From positions 4,230 to 68,229 of the forward strand of contig CBFHVI010000011.1 in NCBI GenBank assembly GCA_965658995.1: DNA of 64,000 nt. Reading direction: 5' to 3'. A program made the translations under genes and the position numbers. A model generated the notes under the pieces. The model was not told the DNA's origin and did not search any database. It saw only the letters and a list, made by a program, of their open reading frames with translations. Positions 58,816-64,000 of the stretch are shown piece after piece. The stretch is from Flavobacteriales bacterium. GTDB lineage: Bacteria > Bacteroidota > Bacteroidia > Flavobacteriales_D > CAJJDF01. Each line of letters opens with the position of its first letter. The first letter of the stretch is position 1.

Positions 58816-61395
58816 ATGTATGTAGTTAAAAGAAACGGAAAAAAAGAAGCAGTACAGTTTGATAAAATCACAGCAAGAGTGCAAAAAATGTGTTATGGAC
58901 TAAATCCATTAGTTGATTACACAAAAGTCGCCATGAAAGTAATTGAAGGATTGTACGATGGAGTAACTACAAGTGACCTAGACAATTTGGCCGCAGAAAT
59001 TGCAGCAACAAATACCATTACGCATCCAGATTACGCACTCCTAGCCTCTAGAATTGCGGTATCTAACCTACACAAAAACACGAATAAATCGTTTTCCAAA
59101 ACGATGAAGGTATTATATGAATATGTAGACCCTATTACAAACGAGCCTGCAAGTCTGTTGGCAGACGAGATCTATGCTATTATCAAAGAAAATGAAGCTC
59201 TCCTAGACTCAACTCTTATCTATGACCGTGATTTTAGGTATGATTATTTTGGATTCAAAACCCTTGAAAGATCGTATCTATTAAAAACACATGGAAACGT
59301 AACCGAAAGACCTCAGCATATGTTGATGAGAGTGTCTATAGGAATTCACAAAAACGACATAGAATCGGCTATTAAAACTTACCACTTAATGTCGCAAGGT
59401 TGGTTCACTCATGCAACCCCTACTCTGTTCAACTCAGGAACACCCAAACCTCAGATGTCGTCTTGTTTCTTGTTGACCACTAAAGAAGATAGTATTGATG
59501 GAATTTATGATACCTTAAAGCAAACTGCAAAAATATCTCAATCAGCTGGAGGAATCGGCCTATCAATTCATGATATTAGAGCTAAAGGATCATACATTAA
59601 AGGAACAAATGGAACCTCAAATGGGATTGTTCCGATGTTGAAAGTATTTAATGACACAGCCAGATATGTAGACCAAGGAGGAGGAAAAAGAAAAGGTTCT
59701 TTTGCGTTATATCTAGAGCCATGGCACGCAGATATTTTTGATTTCCTTGATTTGAAAAAGAACCACGGAAAAGAAGAGCAACGAGCAAGAGATTTATTTT
59801 ACGCCATGTGGACACCAGACTTGTTCATGAAACGAGTAGAAGCTGACGAAGAGTGGACATTAATGTGCCCAAACGAGTGCCCAGGATTATCTGACAGTTA
59901 CGGAGAAGAGTTCGAGAAATTATACACCAAATACGAACAAGAAGGTAGAGGAAGAAAAACAATCAAAGCCCAAGAATTGTGGAACAAGATTGTAGAATCT
60001 CAAATAGAAACGGGAACTCCTTACATGTTGTATAAAGATGCAGCTAACAGAAAATCGAACCAACAAAACCTAGGTACAATTAAGTCTTCTAACTTATGTA
60101 CCGAGATTATTGAATATACTGCTCCCGATGAAGTTGCCGTATGTAACTTGGCCTCTATTGCCTTACCAAAATTTGTAAAAGACAAGAAATTTGATCACCA
60201 AAAGTTGTTTGAAGTAACTTACCAAGCTACTCTAAACCTAAATAAAATTATAGACAACAATTACTACCCAGTAAAAGAAGCTGAAAACTCCAACCTAAGG
60301 CACCGTCCTATCGGTTTAGGTGTGCAAGGATTGGCAGATGCTTTTATTTTAATGAGGTATAATTTTGATTCGGAAGAAGCTCGAAAATTAAATTCAGAGA
60401 TCTTTGAAACCATCTATTTTGCAGCAATGACTGCTTCCAAAGATTTGGCAAAAGTAGAAGGATCCTACCAATCGTACGAAGGATCTCCTGTATCGAAAGG
60501 TGTTTTCCAGTATGACATGTGGGGAGTAACTCCATCACCACGATGGGACTGGGCTACATTGAAAAACGAAGTGAAAGCAAACGGAGTAAGGAACTCACTA
60601 TTAGTGGCTCCAATGCCGACAGCTTCTACCGCTTCTATTCTTGGAAACAACGAATGCTTTGAACCTTATACTTCCAACCTTTATACAAGAAGAGTACTCT
60701 CTGGAGAGTTCATTATCGTAAACAAACACTTGCTAAGAGACTTAGTAAATCTTGGATTGTGGAATAATGACTTGAAAAACCAAGTAATGATTGGAAACGG
60801 AAGTATCCAGCACATTGATGAAATTCCACAAAACATTAAAGATTTGTACAAGACTGCTTGGGAAATAAGCCAAAAGTCATTGATTAATATGTCTGCAGAT
60901 AGAGGTGCTTTTGTGTGCCAATCTCAGTCATTGAATATCTTCATGGAAAATGCCAACTTTGGTAAACTTACCTCGATGCACTTTTATGGATGGAAAAAAG
61001 GTCTTAAAACTGGAATGTATTACCTAAGAACCAAATCTGCGGTAGATGCAATTAAATTTACAGTAACCAAAGAAAAGAAAACCGAACCAAAACCTGAAGA
61101 AAAAAAGCCTGTAATTAACATGGCACCTGAAACACCCGTTACCCCGATTAGCCAACCTGCTCAACCAGTGAAAGTAGAAGAAATCGGAGGAGAATATTCT
61201 TTTGCTCAATCTCAATCATCGCCAGTAGTTGAGCCTTTGGTTTCTCCTATGCAACAAGATTCAAGCGCACCAATCCAATCGGCTCCTACTAACAACGATC
61301 CTATGTTTGTAGATGTAAATGATGCCGCCTACCAAGCCGCAAAGCTGCAATGCTCAATTGACAATCCAGATGATTGTGAAATGTGCGGAAGTTAA
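58816..61395 (+). CDS. nrdA: class Ia ribonucleotide reductase alpha subunit
   Basis: N-terminal ATP-cone ([16 protein letters not shown]), catalytic SSNLCTEI and PMPTASTA motifs, and a C-terminal CEMCGS redox pair after a long Pro/Gln/Glu-rich linker. Confidence 0.95.
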   Translation: MYVVKRNGKKEAVQFDKITARVQKMCYGLNPLVDYTKVAMKVIEGLYDGVTTSDLDNLAAEIAATNTITHPDYALLASRIAVSNLHKNTNKSFSKTMKVLYEYVDPITNEPASLLADEIYAIIKENEALLDSTLIYDRDFRYDYFGFKTLERSYLLKTHGNVTERPQHMLMRVSIGIHKNDIESAIKTYHLMSQGWFTHATPTLFNSGTPKPQMSSCFLLTTKEDSIDGIYDTLKQTAKISQSAGGIGLSIHDIRAKGSYIKGTNGTSNGIVPMLKVFNDTARYVDQGGGKRKGSFALYLEPWHADIFDFLDLKKNHGKEEQRARDLFYAMWTPDLFMKRVEADEEWTLMCPNECPGLSDSYGEEFEKLYTKYEQEGRGRKTIKAQELWNKIVESQIETGTPYMLYKDAANRKSNQQNLGTIKSSNLCTEIIEYTAPDEVAVCNLASIALPKFVKDKKFDHQKLFEVTYQATLNLNKIIDNNYYPVKEAENSNLRHRPIGLGVQGLADAFILMRYNFDSEEARKLNSEIFETIYFAAMTASKDLAKVEGSYQSYEGSPVSKGVFQYDMWGVTPSPRWDWATLKNEVKANGVRNSLLVAPMPTASTASILGNNECFEPYTSNLYTRRVLSGEFIIVNKHLLRDLVNLGLWNNDLKNQVMIGNGSIQHIDEIPQNIKDLYKTAWEISQKSLINMSADRGAFVCQSQSLNIFMENANFGKLTSMHFYGWKKGLKTGMYYLRTKSAVDAIKFTVTKEKKTEPKPEEKKPVINMAPETPVTPISQPAQPVKVEEIGGEYSFAQSQSSPVVEPLVSPMQQDSSAPIQSAPTNNDPMFVDVNDAAYQAAKLQCSIDNPDDCEMCGS

Positions 61396-61425
61396 TTCTT
61401 GCAACTTACTTTTTTTAAAAAATGT

Positions 61426-61457
61426 AAAGTCCTGATTAATAGTATAATCAGGACTTT
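61426..61457 (+). terminator. 13-bp hairpin after nrdA
   Basis: AAAGTCCTGATTA-ATAGTA-TAATCAGGACTTT. The trailing tract is only weakly T-rich. Confidence 0.55.
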
Positions 61458-61497
61458 ATTATACATTTGAAGCAGATTTATAACCGAAACCAAAAAC

Positions 61498-61648
61498 GGT
61501 TCTGTCGCATTAATTATTTTTCGCCCATTTTTCATCAAATTCCATGAACGTTCAAAAAGTTAACTCACATTATATCAATGGTTTATGATTTTTCGTTTTG
61601 TATGAATTAGGCTTCAAATAGTGATTTTTTAGTTAATGCGACAGTACC
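61498..61648. mobile_element. 151-bp miniature element bounded by IS6-type inverted repeats
   Basis: GGTTCTGTCGCATTAA at 61498-61513 is inverted to GGTACTGTCGCATTAA at 61648-61633. No ORF lies between them. Confidence 0.55.
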
Positions 61649-61893
61649 TCCATTCGCCAACTATCACAAACCTTCTTTTTTCGCTTATGCATATTCTTCT
61701 CAACTTCTTTAGAAAATTTAAATACCCATCTTTGGATAGTGGAATGGTCTACTTTTATCCCTCTGATTGACATTAGTTCTTCCACATCTCTATAACTCAA
61801 TGTAAATCTCAATTTGAAATAAACAGCTTGTAAAATAATTACTCTTGGATATCGGTGACGCTCAAACATAATTTCAGTAATAGATGAAGTCAA
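61633..61893 (-). pseudogene. truncated IS6-family transposase (N-terminal ~80 codons only)
   Basis: Matches the IS26-type N-terminus (RHRYP..IILQAV...LSYRDVEELM..RG..VDHSTIQRWV...SWRM). It breaks where DETY is expected and terminates inside the inserted repeat. Confidence 0.75.
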
Positions 61894-61936
61894 ATCTAAA
61901 CATTTATTAGTTACTCCAAGTTAATGCGACAAAACC
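61633..61936 (-). mobile_element. left-end fragment of an IS6-family insertion sequence
   Basis: Terminal repeat GGTTTTGTCGCATTAA (61936-61921, minus strand) lies 27 nt upstream of the transposase ATG. The element is cut off at 61648/61633 by a second repeat copy. Confidence 0.65.
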
Positions 61937-61976
61937 TTGTATGCTGCCTTTCTTACTTTGTTTCTATTCATACAAG

Positions 61977-64000
61977 TTAATTGATAATCAGTTTCTTGCT
62001 CATTTTTCCATGGTCATGTGATACTACCACGTAGTATACTCCGGCAGGTAATTGGTTTCCTTTGATCGTGATAATTTCTCCTTTTTTTACTGCCTCAAAG
62101 GGAATGGATTGACCGAGTGGATTGAGGAGTTTAACTCGGGATAAATCTATATTGGTTCCTTCCAAACTAAAGTCGCCTTGTGTAGGATTAGGATAAATTT
62201 CAAACGAGCTCTCTCTATTATTTTCTTCAAGATTCAAATACGAACCGATTGTGAAATTATAAGTGTAGCTACCTCCGAAGTCTGGATTTATTGCCCATGC
62301 TGCCTGTCCAGTCATTTTATGAAATCTCAGATAACCGGTTCCGTCCGAATTTGCCCAGAACCCAATCCCATCTCCATCGGTGTCTTTCACCACGAGTCTG
62401 TAGCAACCCAGACCCAAGTTGAGGGTGTCTCGGAGAAGCGTGTTGTTTGCTTGGCCAGAATTGCTGTAAACCTCCGTGCCAAATTCGTCAAAGATTTTGA
62501 AGGATGTTTCGCTGGCAGCGCTGTTTGATCTATAATCAATACGGAAAGGAGATTCGATAAAATCAGGAACGGAGAATTGTGAGGAATAGGTATTGTTGTA
62601 GCTGTATTCATCCACACCATTATTCGGTTTACTTATTTCCACATGAAATGTATTTTCTAACCCAGAAACTGCTTGCCACATTTTGCTTGGTGCGTGCATC
62701 TCTACCACTTCGTTTTGAGACGGAGCCAAATTCCCCAACCAATAAAATACTTCTTTGGTTGAGCTATTGTTTACCCAAAACTCAATTTTAAGTGAGGTTA
62801 ACTCTGTTTTTCCAGCATTTCTGATAGTGATTTTTGGGTAGTGACATATTGCATTCTCCTTTTCATATTCTACTCGTTTGGAGGGAGCTATAACGTCTAC
62901 AATAGCTGCATCCAACAGGTGATTGTATTCTCCGAAGGTAACTAGTTTATTGCTCACAATGTAATTAGAGGTTCCCGATGCTGTACTCACACCGTAATCA
63001 ATCACCACCGAGTCCTTATTATCCACAAGCGAGGTAATGTCGTGTGTTTGTACATCGGTTGCCATACCGGGGCACCATCCTGCTCTATCGTAAATCCAGG
63101 TTCCTCCTTGAGGAAAAACTGGGTTTTCACCGCAATCTTTCCATACTCTCCAGTCGAATTGGTGAGTTGTATCAATCTTCAGAAAATGCATTCTCGGTAT
63201 AAATTCTCCTTCCTGACCATGGCCCGTAACGGTTGTTTTTACCTCATAATAACTTGCCGAAGTATCCAATGGTAGTTTACGTGGAGCGAAAAATTTGTTT
63301 GAAATAATGTCGTTGAACCCATGGTATCCGGTGGGCCAAATTTCTTTAATTTCTTTTACCTCACGTTCCGGTGTTCCTACTATAAAGTGGAATGAAATAT
63401 CCATTTCCTCTTGATATTGTCCTCCTCGTTCCATTGTCATTCTTTTTGATCCTGTCAAAAATGGAGTGTAATCTGTTACGTCAAATATCCATGTCTTTCC
63501 TGTTGGTCCCAAATCCAAATTGATTCCATAAGGAGTTACAAAAGACATGATTTCAAATTTCATTGGGAATCTATTGTAATAACTTAGGTTGCTGAGGGTA
63601 ATCGTTCCATCTGCTGGAACTGAAACTGAATCATACAACACTCCAAGCGAGTTGAAGAAATAAGATTTTTTTGCTGCATTGAAATAGACGTTGGACGAAA
63701 CAATTGCTATACTATCGCTTCTCAATTCACCTGATTTGGAGAATACTTGTTGTGCTTGCACCAAATGCGAGAGGTGCTGAACGGAATCATATAATGAATC
63801 ATTTACCGTAGAAAGTACGTAAACTCCTTGTGCGAGATGAATATTAGGACGAATATTTAATTCAGTGATTTCTTTGAATAAGTTTTCTCCTTGAAAAGAA
63901 AGTCGATTGGCAGAGCCATTAATTATTGCGTCATTGCCATTACCAGAACTATCTATTACAGAAATAGTTCCCGTAGAATTTAATCTATAATTCATTTCTA
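61977..64000 (-). CDS. PNGase F-like domain protein with a T9SS C-terminal sorting domain (5' end outside the window)
   Basis: FVTPYGINLDLG...FDVTDY...IVGTP and DRAGWCPGM blocks match my recollection of Elizabethkingia PNGase F. C-terminal FEIYPNPTQGDFSL...GVYYVVVSHDHG sorting domain. The reading frame stays open to the window edge. Confidence 0.7.
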   Translation of the reverse strand, partial: EMNYRLNSTGTISVIDSSGNGNDAIINGSANRLSFQGENLFKEITELNIRPNIHLAQGVYVLSTVNDSLYDSVQHLSHLVQAQQVFSKSGELRSDSIAIVSSNVYFNAAKKSYFFNSLGVLYDSVSVPADGTITLSNLSYYNRFPMKFEIMSFVTPYGINLDLGPTGKTWIFDVTDYTPFLTGSKRMTMERGGQYQEEMDISFHFIVGTPEREVKEIKEIWPTGYHGFNDIISNKFFAPRKLPLDTSASYYEVKTTVTGHGQEGEFIPRMHFLKIDTTHQFDWRVWKDCGENPVFPQGGTWIYDRAGWCPGMATDVQTHDITSLVDNKDSVVIDYGVSTASGTSNYIVSNKLVTFGEYNHLLDAAIVDVIAPSKRVEYEKENAICHYPKITIRNAGKTELTSLKIEFWVNNSSTKEVFYWLGNLAPSQNEVVEMHAPSKMWQAVSGLENTFHVEISKPNNGVDEYSYNNTYSSQFSVPDFIESPFRIDYRSNSAASETSFKIFDEFGTEVYSNSGQANNTLLRDTLNLGLGCYRLVVKDTDGDGIGFWANSDGTGYLRFHKMTGQAAWAINPDFGGSYTYNFTIGSYLNLEENNRESSFEIYPNPTQGDFSLEGTNIDLSRVKLLNPLGQSIPFEAVKKGEIITIKGNQLPAGVYYVVVSHDHGKMSKKLIIN

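Noticed and set aside
1-64000. The many 60-150-aa antisense or alternative-frame ORFs in the track, for example 27862-28323, 36582-36968, 50244-50669 and 56190-56885.
   Set aside because: Each lies wholly inside a longer ORF that carries clear family motifs. These are typical shadow ORFs with skewed, low-complexity composition.
1-64000. CRISPR arrays, prophage, integrons, or defence islands (restriction-modification, toxin-antitoxin, retron, CBASS-like).
   Set aside because: Reading both strands, I saw no regularly spaced direct repeats, integrase, reverse transcriptase, methyltransferase-endonuclease pair or small toxin-antitoxin pair. The MazG-like gene is the short housekeeping type. The UvrD-nuclease fusion looks like an AddA-type repair enzyme.

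Overview
This is a low-GC, gene-dense (about 90% coding) chromosomal segment. It looks like Bacteroidota, probably a Flavobacteriia or Cryomorphaceae-like lineage. That assignment is an inference from three things: type IX secretion C-terminal sorting domains, several DUF1573 proteins, and TAnnTTTG -7 promoter boxes placed close to start codons.

Most of the window is ordinary core genome:
- Biosynthesis and central metabolism: aroC, trxB, folK, a deoxynucleoside kinase, nadK, gpmI, pssA, purS, coaX, upp, fabD, ilvE.
- Translation and replication: asnS, efp, dnaN, nrdB-nrdA, tRNA-Asn(GTT), tRNA-Cys(GCA).
- NAD supply: a kynurenine-pathway pair (kmo, kynU).
- Envelope genes: SppA, a BamA/TamA-family protein, an LptC-like protein, TPR proteins, beta-barrel proteins and glycosyltransferases.

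I found no CRISPR array, no prophage, no recognisable defence system and no intact mobile element. The only mobile DNA is a decayed, nested IS6-family remnant near the 3' end of the window.

Regions that deserve a second look:
1. A compact module at 23.4-27.3 kb. It holds a Fur-family repressor, two near-identical palindromic operators that overlap the -7 boxes, a TonB-dependent receptor, and a tightly coupled 70-aa lipoprotein. The lipoprotein carries CHECH (a CXXCH match) and a C-terminal HCHEH. The module lies directly after the ccm genes.
2. A variant System I cytochrome c maturation cluster (ccmB-C-D-E). Its CcmE has CxxxY instead of HxxxY, its CcmC has a long N-terminal extension, and no ccmA or ccmF/H is adjacent.
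3. The IS6 remnant, with three terminal repeats.
4. A T9SS-sorted PNGase F-like protein that runs off the window edge.
5. An FAD oxidoreductase whose GxGxxG motif lies upstream of any canonical start codon.

None of these is a demonstrably new system from sequence alone. The Fur / receptor / mini-lipoprotein module is my best candidate.
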